This document shows, one piece after another, positions 18,151 to 26,591 of a stretch of 64,000 nt of DNA. Origin of the DNA: Planctomycetota bacterium. Lineage in GTDB: Bacteria > Planctomycetota > UBA1135 > UBA2386. Every line of letters begins with the position of its first letter. The first letter of the stretch is position 1. The translations under genes and the position numbers were made by a program. The notes below the pieces were generated by a model that was not told the origin of the DNA, searched no databases, and was given only the letters and a program-made list of their open reading frames with translations. The stretch covers positions 2,720,001 through 2,784,000 of the forward strand of contig JBKAGP010000001.1 in NCBI GenBank assembly GCA_046290465.1, written 5' to 3'.

Positions 18151-19569
18151 ATGAGCAGCGTCGACCTCGAAGCAAAGATCCCGAACAACGTCGGACTCCG
18201 CGACAACAAGCGCCTGATGATGGCGCTCGAAAAGTGGCAGCCGAAGTTCCTCGACTGGTGGAAGACTGTCGGCCCGACGGACTTCAACGAGGACCAGATC
18301 TACCTGCGCACCGCCGTCGGCGTCGGCAAGGGCGGCTGGGCGCACTTCGACTACGTGAAGATGCCGGACTACCGCTGGGGCATCTTCCTCGCGGACGGGC
18401 CGGACGATCGCAAGATCCACTTCGGTGACAACATGGGCAGCGACGCCTGGCAGACCGTGCCGGGTGAGTTCCGCAACCGCCTGCGTCGCCTGATCGTCAC
18501 GCAGGGCGACACCGAGCCGGCGTCGGTCGAGCAGCAGCGCATGCTGGGCCACACCTGCCCGTCGCTCTACGACCTTCGCTCGCTGTTCCAGGTCAACGTC
18601 GAGGAAGGCCGCCACCTGTGGGCGATGGTCTACCTGCTGCAGACCTACTTCGGTGCCGACGGCCGCGACGAGGCCGAGGCGCTGCTCGAGCGCAACTCCG
18701 GCGACGTCGACAACCCGCGCATCCTCGAGGCGTTCAACTACCCGGTCACCAACTGGCTGGACTTCTTCTGCTTCACGGCCTTCATGGACCGGGACGGCAA
18801 GTACCAGCTGTCGTCGCTGGCCGAGTCGAGCTTCGACCCGCTGGCGCGTTCGACGCAGTTCATGCTGGCCGAGGAGGCCTACCACCTGCAGACCGGTGAG
18901 AACGGCGTCGGCCGCATCGTCAAGCGCACCGGTGAGCTGATGGCCGAGGGCAAGGACCCGCGCACCGAAGGCGCGATCCCGCTCGACATGATCCAGCGCT
19001 ACTGCAACTTCTGGTTCACCGGCTCGATGGACCTGTTCGGCGGCGAGGACTCGACCAACGCCGCCGAGGCGTTCGCGATGGGCCTGAAGGGCCGCTACCG
19101 CGAGTCGGACGGCATCTACAAGGACCCGAAGGCGCTCAACGCCGAGTACCGCCTGCAGGTGCCGACCGACGACGGCAAGCTCGAGGATAAGGACATCCCG
19201 CTGCGCCGCGCGATGAACGCGGTCCTGCTGGACGCCTACATCGCCGACTGCAGCCGCATCGTGCAGCGCTGGAACCGCGAGCTGAAGAAGCTCGGCGTCG
19301 ACCAGACGATCCAGTTGCCCGACCGCAAGTTCAACCGCCACCAGGGCGTCTACGCCGGCTACAAGTTCAACCCGCAGGGTGAGCTGATCGACGAGGCGAC
19401 CTGGACGCACGAGCACACCAAGTGGCTGCCGACGCAGGCGGACCGCGAGTACGTCGACTCCTGCATGGTCAAGGTCACCGAGCCCGGCAAGTTCGCGAAC
19501 TACATCGCGCCGCCGCAGAACGGCCCGAACAACCAGCCGATCGACTTCGAGTACGTCAAGTTCCACTAG
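18151..19569 (+). CDS. boxB: Benzoyl-CoA 2,3-epoxidase di-iron subunit
   Basis: KIPNNV, GWAHFDYVKMPDYRWGIF, QGDTEPASVEQQ, VNVEEGRHLWAM, DRDGKYQL, EEAYH. Confidence 0.95.
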   Translation: MSSVDLEAKIPNNVGLRDNKRLMMALEKWQPKFLDWWKTVGPTDFNEDQIYLRTAVGVGKGGWAHFDYVKMPDYRWGIFLADGPDDRKIHFGDNMGSDAWQTVPGEFRNRLRRLIVTQGDTEPASVEQQRMLGHTCPSLYDLRSLFQVNVEEGRHLWAMVYLLQTYFGADGRDEAEALLERNSGDVDNPRILEAFNYPVTNWLDFFCFTAFMDRDGKYQLSSLAESSFDPLARSTQFMLAEEAYHLQTGENGVGRIVKRTGELMAEGKDPRTEGAIPLDMIQRYCNFWFTGSMDLFGGEDSTNAAEAFAMGLKGRYRESDGIYKDPKALNAEYRLQVPTDDGKLEDKDIPLRRAMNAVLLDAYIADCSRIVQRWNRELKKLGVDQTIQLPDRKFNRHQGVYAGYKFNPQGELIDEATWTHEHTKWLPTQADREYVDSCMVKVTEPGKFANYIAPPQNGPNNQPIDFEYVKFH

Positions 19570-19737
19570 CCGGCTTGGCTCGCGGAGCGAGCCGGACCGA
19601 CTGGGTTCCACTTCGGATCGTGGCTACGTGGAGGCATCCTCCGCGAGGCCATCCGCAACCGGCCCGCTGCCGCGATCCTCGGCCTCGCTTCGCGAGGCGA
19701 TGCGCCTTCGGCGCTCCCCTGTTGCGCCTGAATCCTG

Positions 19738-20073
19738 ATGACGAATCGTCTTTGTTATGTCTGTGAAGGCGGCGACTGCACCGAGAAGGGCAGCGGCGAC
19801 CTGTTCGACAAGCTCCGCGACCTGGTCAAGCAGTTCGACCCGGACGAGGAGCGCATCAAGGTGCGCCGCTACCCGTGCTTCGGCGCGTGCGAGCAGGGCA
19901 TCAACGTGACGCTGTTCCCCGACAAGGTGTTCTACAGCACCGTCACCGAGAACGACCTCGCCGAGATCGTCGCGCACATCAAGGGCGAGGGCGAGGTCCC
20001 CGAACGCCTGACCGGCAAGTGCGAGCCGGACGTCGAGCAGATCATCTGGGACATGCTCGACAGTCCTTACTAG
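19738..20073 (+). CDS. Thioredoxin-like [2Fe-2S] ferredoxin
   Basis: VCEGGDC...PCFGACEQG.NV..FPD.VFY; ends DSPY. Confidence 0.8.
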   Translation: MTNRLCYVCEGGDCTEKGSGDLFDKLRDLVKQFDPDEERIKVRRYPCFGACEQGINVTLFPDKVFYSTVTENDLAEIVAHIKGEGEVPERLTGKCEPDVEQIIWDMLDSPY

Positions 20074-20117
20074 CTGGCCTTGCTGGCTGGCCTTGCTGGC
20101 TGGCCGGCTTGCTGGCC
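20073..20117. repeat. Short 13-bp tandem repeat (GCTGGCCTTGCTG, about 3 copies)
   Basis: Read directly after the ferredoxin stop codon. Confidence 0.6.
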
Positions 20118-20234
20118 CCGCCAGACCGATTTCTTGTCCGCCGGTGCCCCCCGGTGACGTTCTTCTCGGTTGGAGACCGTCCGCAAGGACGGGAGACAGG
20201 AGAAGAAGAAGAGATCAGAGAGACACGCAGGTCA

Positions 20235-20272
20235 GGCGGCAGCCATCACGAGTGGCTGCCGCCAATTTTCTT
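20235..20272 (+). terminator. Intrinsic terminator
   Basis: GGCGGCAGCCA-7nt-TGGCTGCCGCC 11-bp stem followed by AATTTTCTT. Confidence 0.7.
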
Positions 20273-20400
20273 CGCGCCCTGCGCTCGACGCGCCAGCGCC
20301 CGGCGCGCCTGCGGACGACCCGCCCCACCGTCACACCTTCACGCAGCGCTCACGGCGCCTCCATACCCGCGTGCAGAACAGTTCTCTCGGACGTTCTGCA

Positions 20401-21318
20401 ATGGGTTGGATACTGCGAGGTCGACGCCCCTGGCGCCGGAAGGGCCGGGTCCTGCTGCTGCTGGGCCTGTCCGCGTGCGCCGTCTGGGCCACGTCGACCC
20501 ACGGCGGCCGCGCCACGGTCGTCCCGGCGAGCCACCCGATGCGCGTGGCCGCCAGCGAGCAGGTGCGCATCCAGACGCTCAACGTGTTCGGGCTGCCGTG
20601 GCCGCTGGCCCCCGACGTCGAGCCGCGCTGCCAGCGCATCGCGCAGCAGATCGCCAGCGACAGCGCCGACGTGATCGCGCTGCAGGAGGCGTGGGGCGAG
20701 GACGCGAGCGCGCCGTTCGCGATGCCCTACCACCACCGCGCGTCGTGCCGCCAGCCCGCCTGCCTCTACGGATCGAGCGGCCTGATGACGCTGTCGCGGC
20801 ATCCGATCCGGCACGCCGAGTCGCGCTTCTTCCGCGCCGGTGACGGCATCGAGACGATCGTCTCCAAGGGCATCCTTCGCACGATCGTGACGCTGCCCGA
20901 CGGCGAACTCGACGTCTGGAACCTGCATCTGCAGAGCGGCCTCGACGACGTCGCCATCCGCATAGCACAGATCGCCGAGCTGCTGCAGTGGATCGAGCAG
21001 GACGGGGACGTGCGCCGGGCCGCGATCGTCGGCGACTTCAACTGCGCCCCCGGCGACCCGGAGTTCGCGACGCTGCTGGCCGGCATGGAGCGGCTCGGCT
21101 TCGTGCACGCGTCCTGCGGCAAGCCCACCTACGACGCCACCGTCAACCCGCTGGCGATGAAGGAACGGCCGAAGGAGATCGACCACATCTTCGTGCGCGG
21201 CCACGGCCGGTCGGTGGCCGCCGACCGCGTCTTCGACCAGCCGATCGACGGCCAGCTGCCATCCGACCACTTCGGGGTCGAGGCGGTGCTGACCGCGGCC
21301 TACTCGTCGCGCAGGTAG
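20401..21318 (+). CDS. Endonuclease/exonuclease/phosphatase family protein (sphingomyelinase-like)
   Basis: TLNV, DVIALQE, NLHL, GDFN, IDHIF, SDHFGV. Confidence 0.88.
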   Translation: MGWILRGRRPWRRKGRVLLLLGLSACAVWATSTHGGRATVVPASHPMRVAASEQVRIQTLNVFGLPWPLAPDVEPRCQRIAQQIASDSADVIALQEAWGEDASAPFAMPYHHRASCRQPACLYGSSGLMTLSRHPIRHAESRFFRAGDGIETIVSKGILRTIVTLPDGELDVWNLHLQSGLDDVAIRIAQIAELLQWIEQDGDVRRAAIVGDFNCAPGDPEFATLLAGMERLGFVHASCGKPTYDATVNPLAMKERPKEIDHIFVRGHGRSVAADRVFDQPIDGQLPSDHFGVEAVLTAAYSSRR

Positions 21319-22559
21319 CGCCGTCGGCAGAAGAAGAAGCCGTCGTGCAGGTAGTGCACGAGCAGCAGCGAGAAGCCGAGCAGGTAGTAGGCGAGCAGCA
21401 CCGAACCGGGTCGGTAGAGCTCCTTGCCGGCCGCGTCGCGCAGCGGCTCGTCGTGGCCGAACATCGCGAACTGGCCGTTGCTGGTCGCGGCGATCAACCA
21501 CGCCGCACCGAGCAGCACGACGATCGCACCGAGCGTCGCGAACAGCGCCGAGCGGTAGAAGCGCCAGTGCCGCCCCTCGCCCATGTTGCGGTCGAAGAAG
21601 CCGTACGAGATCTCGTTCTTCTGCTTGCTGCGTTCGTTCATCAGCCACAGCACGCCCAGGTACTGGAAGCTGTGCCAGGCGTTGAGGCCCTGGAATGCGC
21701 TGTCGAGGTTGGGCAGCAGCGGCACGGTCGAGCCGAGCAGCGCCATCGCGACGACCAGTTGGAAGCGGCGACGGACCAGCGTGCCTTCGCGGTATTCGCG
21801 CAGGCTCTTCCACGCGAACAGCGCCACCGACACCAAGAACGCGGTCGTGATCGCGATCCACAGCGCCGGGTGCATCAGGAACTCGGGCAGCAGCGGCGCG
21901 ACCCGGCCGATCTTGAAGATGTACTCGTCGGCGAACTCCTGGCTGCCGGACAGCCACGTGACGATCTGCGTCGCCAGCGCGTCCGGGTTGGCTCCGCGCA
22001 TCGTCAGGTCCGTCTTGTCGATCATCGACATGCGGAAGAACGACGCCGGATACATCGCAAACAGCAGCACGGCGTAGTCGACCCACGCCAGCCGCTGCGC
22101 CTTCTGGCCGTAGGCGCTCGCCACGAAGCTGTGCTGGTGCACGATGTGCACGCCGGCCCAGAAGAAAAAGAACGTCAGGATGTAGCGGATCGGCGGCGAG
22201 CCGGCGATCAGCACGTCGAAGAACGCCGAGCTGATCGCGGCACCGACGACGACCAGCGGCACGCACAGCCCGAGCACGAACAGCAGCGGTTCCTGCTTGC
22301 GGAAGCGTGGGTTGAAGTAGGTGCGCGTGTAGGTCGCGAACACGTGCGGGCCGCCGAGCGGCACCATCACCAGCAGCGTGACCATGTCCTCGGCCGCCGA
22401 CACGCCCGCGCCGAGCGCGCGGAACAGGTAGAACGCGAGGATCGGAACGGGCACCAGCCACGCGCCGCCGGCCACGAAGAACTTGTCCCACGTGCGGCTG
22501 CGCAACTGCTGCGTCGGTTGGACTTCGGCCCCGAGGGCTCCAGGTGCGAGCGTGGTCAT
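21300..22559 (-). CDS. Polytopic membrane protein with several His motifs, function unknown
   Basis: About 9-10 hydrophobic segments; GGPHVFAT, HIVHQH, WHSFQY, HYLHD. Confidence 0.75.
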   Translation of the reverse strand: MTTLAPGALGAEVQPTQQLRSRTWDKFFVAGGAWLVPVPILAFYLFRALGAGVSAAEDMVTLLVMVPLGGPHVFATYTRTYFNPRFRKQEPLLFVLGLCVPLVVVGAAISSAFFDVLIAGSPPIRYILTFFFFWAGVHIVHQHSFVASAYGQKAQRLAWVDYAVLLFAMYPASFFRMSMIDKTDLTMRGANPDALATQIVTWLSGSQEFADEYIFKIGRVAPLLPEFLMHPALWIAITTAFLVSVALFAWKSLREYREGTLVRRRFQLVVAMALLGSTVPLLPNLDSAFQGLNAWHSFQYLGVLWLMNERSKQKNEISYGFFDRNMGEGRHWRFYRSALFATLGAIVVLLGAAWLIAATSNGQFAMFGHDEPLRDAAGKELYRPGSVLLAYYLLGFSLLLVHYLHDGFFFCRRRYLRDE

Positions 22560-22688
22560 GACTCTGTCGCTGAGGAGTACCGCGAACCGCACGGCACTGC
22601 GAGTCCCGGCGCGTGTTTTCCCACGCCGGGCGGACCGATCGGGAGAATGGCGTACCCTCTGGCCTTTCCCGGGCATCCATCGGGAGCC

Positions 22689-23228
22689 ATGAAGAACGCC
22701 ACGATGACCCCAACGCCCGACACCGGACGCGCCCGGCTGGTCGCGTTCGTCGAACGGCACCAGCGCGGCCTGCGCCGCTGGCTGCTGTCGCTCGGCGCAG
22801 ATCCGATGTCGGCGGAGGATCACTGCCAGGAGACCCTGCTCGCGGCCATGCACCACGGCGTCGCCGACTGGACCGGCCGGCGGGCGTGGGCCTGGCTGCG
22901 CACGACCGCGCAGAACTTCTTGCGCATGCAGCTGCGGCGCGAGCGACGCGCGCCGCTGCAGTCGCTCGACGACGTCGAGCAGGCCTGGCACCGCGCCGGT
23001 GGCGACGACGACGGCGGCAACGCCGCGCTCGACGCGCTGCGGCGCTGCCTCGAGCAGGCCGACGGGCGCGACCGCGAGCTGCTCGACCGGCGCTACGCCG
23101 ACGGCCAGGGGCGCGGCGAGATGGCGCGGGCGCTCGGCCTCGGCGAGGCCGGCGTCAAGCAGGCCCTGCGGCGCGCGCGCGCCCGCCTGCGCACCTGCAT
23201 GGAACACCGGATGGAGGAGCAACGATGA
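22689..23228 (+). CDS. ECF sigma factor
   Basis: AEDHCQET, AWLRTTAQN, GVKQALRRARARL. Confidence 0.82.
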   Translation: MKNATMTPTPDTGRARLVAFVERHQRGLRRWLLSLGADPMSAEDHCQETLLAAMHHGVADWTGRRAWAWLRTTAQNFLRMQLRRERRAPLQSLDDVEQAWHRAGGDDDGGNAALDALRRCLEQADGRDRELLDRRYADGQGRGEMARALGLGEAGVKQALRRARARLRTCMEHRMEEQR

Positions 23229-24562
23229 GCGAGGGACATCAGGGCCGCGACGCGTTCGTGCACGCGCTGCTGCAGGAGGAGCTGGGCAGCGAGCCGCGGC
23301 CGGCGAGCGCCGACGAACTGCTGCAACGCCTCGAGCTCGGCGACGGCGCCCGCGCGTTCGCCCGTGCCGCCGGCCAGGCGCCGGCACGGCAGCGCAGCTG
23401 GATCGCGCGGAGGTGGCCGCTGGTCGCGGCGGCGGTCGCGGTGGTCGCCGTCGGAGCGACGTTCGCGCAGGACTGGTTCGGTGGCAATGCGCCGTCCGAC
23501 GACGAGGTCGATCGACCCGAGGTCCCGAACGACCAGGACCCGCAGCCAGAGGACCGGACCGTCCCGATCCGCGATCTCGCCCACTTCGAGCAGCTGGTGC
23601 CGCAGATCCGCGGCGTGTCGGTCGAGGTCCTGCGGCTGCACGACGCCAACCTGCCGTTCGAGGTCGAGGTCGCGGGCCACCCGATCGGGATGACGCAGCA
23701 CGCGTGCGAGCCGTTCGTCGCGGCGCTGGCCGACGACCTCGCGTTGCTCGAGCCGGCCGCGGCGGAATGGCAGAACCAGCTGACGTTCGAACTGAAGGAC
23801 GGCCGCTCGATCGAGGGCGCCATCTATCCCTACGGCGGCGCTGGCGTGCTGCGCGTGCACCTGCAGGGTCTGAAGGGCGATCTCGGGGTCGGCGGCACGG
23901 CCGGCAACATGCTGCGCGACCTGCTGAAGGACGGCGTCTTCCAGGCTTGCTACCAGCGAGGCATCGTGACCCGGGGCCGACCGCTGAAGGAGGTCCCGCG
24001 CGACGCGACCGCGCTGCGGATCTTCCAGCAGAGCGACGAGGACCTGAGGCTGCTGTCGGAGTTCTCACGGCTGACGAAGCTCGACGTCTCCGGCCTTCGC
24101 AACACGCTCGGCGAAGTCGGGCATGGCGCGATCGCCAAGGCCTGCCCGCAGCTCGAGGAGCTGGTGCTCGACGGCGCGATGCTGCCGGACACCACACTGC
24201 GCGTGCTCGGCGACCTGACGAAGCTGAAGCGGCTGTCGCTGCGCGGCGTGCGCGGCTTCGCCGGCACCGGCTTCGAGCACTACACCCATAGCCAGAAGCA
24301 CCGCGACGGTCCGACCGAGGTCGACCTGTCCTACTGCAAGTCGCTGTCCGACGCGGGCCTCAGGGCGATCTGTGCCTGGGATCCCGAGGTGTTGCGGCTG
24401 CAGGGAGCCGGCGCCGGGATCACACGCAGCGGCTTCGAGGCCCTGCAGAGGACCCGGCGACTGCGCGAACTCGACCTGCGGTCGTTCTCGATGAAGGACA
24501 AGGGCATGCTGCCGGTCCTCAACGCGCTGCTCCGGCGCGAGGGGCTGAAGGTGCTGCGCTAG
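23225..24562 (+). CDS. Putative membrane anti-sigma factor with C-terminal leucine-rich repeats
   Basis: ATGA overlap with sigma gene; single TM; LTKLDVSG, LEELVLDG, LKRLSLRG, VDLSYC, LRELDL repeats. Confidence 0.72.
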   Translation: MSEGHQGRDAFVHALLQEELGSEPRPASADELLQRLELGDGARAFARAAGQAPARQRSWIARRWPLVAAAVAVVAVGATFAQDWFGGNAPSDDEVDRPEVPNDQDPQPEDRTVPIRDLAHFEQLVPQIRGVSVEVLRLHDANLPFEVEVAGHPIGMTQHACEPFVAALADDLALLEPAAAEWQNQLTFELKDGRSIEGAIYPYGGAGVLRVHLQGLKGDLGVGGTAGNMLRDLLKDGVFQACYQRGIVTRGRPLKEVPRDATALRIFQQSDEDLRLLSEFSRLTKLDVSGLRNTLGEVGHGAIAKACPQLEELVLDGAMLPDTTLRVLGDLTKLKRLSLRGVRGFAGTGFEHYTHSQKHRDGPTEVDLSYCKSLSDAGLRAICAWDPEVLRLQGAGAGITRSGFEALQRTRRLRELDLRSFSMKDKGMLPVLNALLRREGLKVLR

Positions 24563-24673
24563 AAGACCGCGGCCGCAGAAGAAGCTCTGGTCCTCGTCCA
24601 GCCCGGTCGCGCCGATGCCGCTACCCGCGAACAGGTAGCTGTAGCCGCCGAAGAGCGAGACGTACACGAAGAC
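24563..24673 (-). pseudogene. Possible orphan fragment of an outer-membrane beta-barrel C-terminus
   Basis: Reads VFVYVSLFGGYSYLFAGSGIGATGLDEDQSFF with strong GC3 codon bias in an otherwise intergenic gap. Confidence 0.35.
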
Positions 24674-24696
24674 GCGCCGGGCAATGCCGGCGCGTC
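24671..24696 (-). terminator. Hairpin downstream of the S46 peptidase
   Basis: GACGCGCCGG-GCAATG-CCGGCGCGTC 10-bp stem. Confidence 0.45.
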
Positions 24697-24727
24697 GTCA
24701 CGTTGGGCAGGCTGCCAGCAGCTGCGC

Positions 24728-26380
24728 CTACTTGGCGCCGGTCAGCTCCTGCAGCAGCGCCTTCTCCTCGTAGATCTTGTCGAGGGCCTCGACCATGATC
24801 GCCGTGTGCACGCCGACGCAGCGGTTGACCTCTTCGTCGAACCAGTAGTTGCCCGGCAGCGACTCGATGTTGCCGTCGAACACCAGGCCGACGACCTTCG
24901 CGTTGCGGTCCAGGATCGGGCTACCCGAGTTGCCGCCGATGATGTCGCAGGTGCAGACGAAGTTGTACGGCGTGTTCCAGTCGAGCTTGCCCTTGGCGTC
25001 GAGCCACTGCTTGGGCAGATCGAACGGGTGCTCGTTGTCGAACGCGGCGTTGCGCTCGTAGAGGCCGTGCACGGTGGTCTTCGGCGAGACCTTGGTGGTG
25101 CCCGCTTCGTAGCCCTTGACGGTGCCGTAGGCCAGACGCAGCGTGAACGTCGCGTCGGGGTAGTTCTTGTCGCCGTAGACGTCGAAGCGCGCCTTGTTGA
25201 TCGTCGACTTGTGCTCGGCGACCGCCTCGGTGGCCGCCGCCATGTCGCGGCGCATGACCTGGAAGTTGACGCGCTCACCCGAGTGCTTGGCGACCAGCTT
25301 CTCCATCTCTTCCTTGATCGCGGCGAACGCGGCCTTGACCTCTTCCTTGCCCGACTGCTCGATCAGCTCTTCGTCGCGCGCCTTGATCAGCGCCATTCGA
25401 TCCTCGTCGAGCAGGCCGTTGAGGTGGCCGGTGAACGCCTTGAGGCTGTTCATCTGGCCGAAGTAGGTGTCGCGCAGGCGGAACGCCGCCTCTTCGCTCT
25501 GCTCCATGCGCTGCTTGATGACCTTGACGTTGTTGGTCAGCAGCGCGACGACCTGCGGGGTCCACAGGTCGCGGTGCATCACCATCTCGTCGTAGGTCAG
25601 CGAACGCTCGGTGCCGCCCGGGTGGCCCGACACGAACACGAGGTCGTCGGCCTTGGCGCCCTCGGTCTCGAACTGGAAGTACCACTTCGACGAGTCGATC
25701 GGCTTGCCGTCCTCGTAGACGCGGAAGAACGCGCAGTCGAGGCACCACCGCGGGTAGGTGAAGTTGTCGTAGTCACCGCCGTAGAACGCGACCTGCTTGG
25801 CGGGCGCGAACACCAGGCGCACGTCGTCGTAGACGTGGTAGACGTAGGCGCGGTACTGGTTGCCGTCGTAGAGCGACACCGGCTGCGCTTCGAGGTGCTT
25901 GCTCTCGTCGCTGAGGCCGTCGCAGATCTCGGTCAGCTTCGCCTCGACGTCGCCGTCCTCCTCGGCCTTGACCGCCATGATCTCGGCGGTGATGTCCTTG
26001 ACGTCGACGAGCTGGCGCAGCACCAGGTCGGTGCCGGGCACTTCCTTGCCGTAGAGGCGCGCGCTGAAGCCCGGCTCGACCCAGTCCTTCTCGGGCGTCG
26101 AGACCTTCTGGATGGTCTCGAGCGCGACGTGGTGGTTGGTCATGACCAGACCGTTCGGCGAGACGAACGAGCCCGAGCCGCCGGTGTCGAAGCGCACCGA
26201 GCCGAGGCGCACGTGGTCGAGCCACTCCTTGGTCGGCTCGAAGTCGTACTTCTCCTTCAGCTGCTTGAGCGGCAGGCTGTCGAACGGCCACATGCCCTCG
26301 TCGGGGCGGGTCGATTCGGGGAGGGTCGTGCCGAGCGCCAGAACGGCGAGGGCGAACGGGATGACAGGGGTGAATTGCAT
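24728..26380 (-). CDS. S46-family dipeptidyl peptidase (DPP7-like)
   Basis: Signal peptide, DEGMW, TNHHV, DNFTYPR, DIIGGNSGSP, FDGN. Confidence 0.92.
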   Translation of the reverse strand: MQFTPVIPFALAVLALGTTLPESTRPDEGMWPFDSLPLKQLKEKYDFEPTKEWLDHVRLGSVRFDTGGSGSFVSPNGLVMTNHHVALETIQKVSTPEKDWVEPGFSARLYGKEVPGTDLVLRQLVDVKDITAEIMAVKAEEDGDVEAKLTEICDGLSDESKHLEAQPVSLYDGNQYRAYVYHVYDDVRLVFAPAKQVAFYGGDYDNFTYPRWCLDCAFFRVYEDGKPIDSSKWYFQFETEGAKADDLVFVSGHPGGTERSLTYDEMVMHRDLWTPQVVALLTNNVKVIKQRMEQSEEAAFRLRDTYFGQMNSLKAFTGHLNGLLDEDRMALIKARDEELIEQSGKEEVKAAFAAIKEEMEKLVAKHSGERVNFQVMRRDMAAATEAVAEHKSTINKARFDVYGDKNYPDATFTLRLAYGTVKGYEAGTTKVSPKTTVHGLYERNAAFDNEHPFDLPKQWLDAKGKLDWNTPYNFVCTCDIIGGNSGSPILDRNAKVVGLVFDGNIESLPGNYWFDEEVNRCVGVHTAIMVEALDKIYEEKALLQELTGAK

Positions 26381-26591
26381 TGGAGTCCTCTACGTGCGCA
26401 GCCGGCTCGTGCGAGCTGCGGGGGGAGGATCATATGCAAACGGAGGCCGGGGTACGCGGTTCGTTCGGGGCACTTTGTGGCGGAGAGTTGGAGGATGAAC
26501 CAGGTACCGTACGGCAACCGTACGTGGAGCGGCCCGCTGCATCTTGCGATGGAGCGGGCCGCTTGTGGGGATGGATCGCGAGGGTGGGCGG

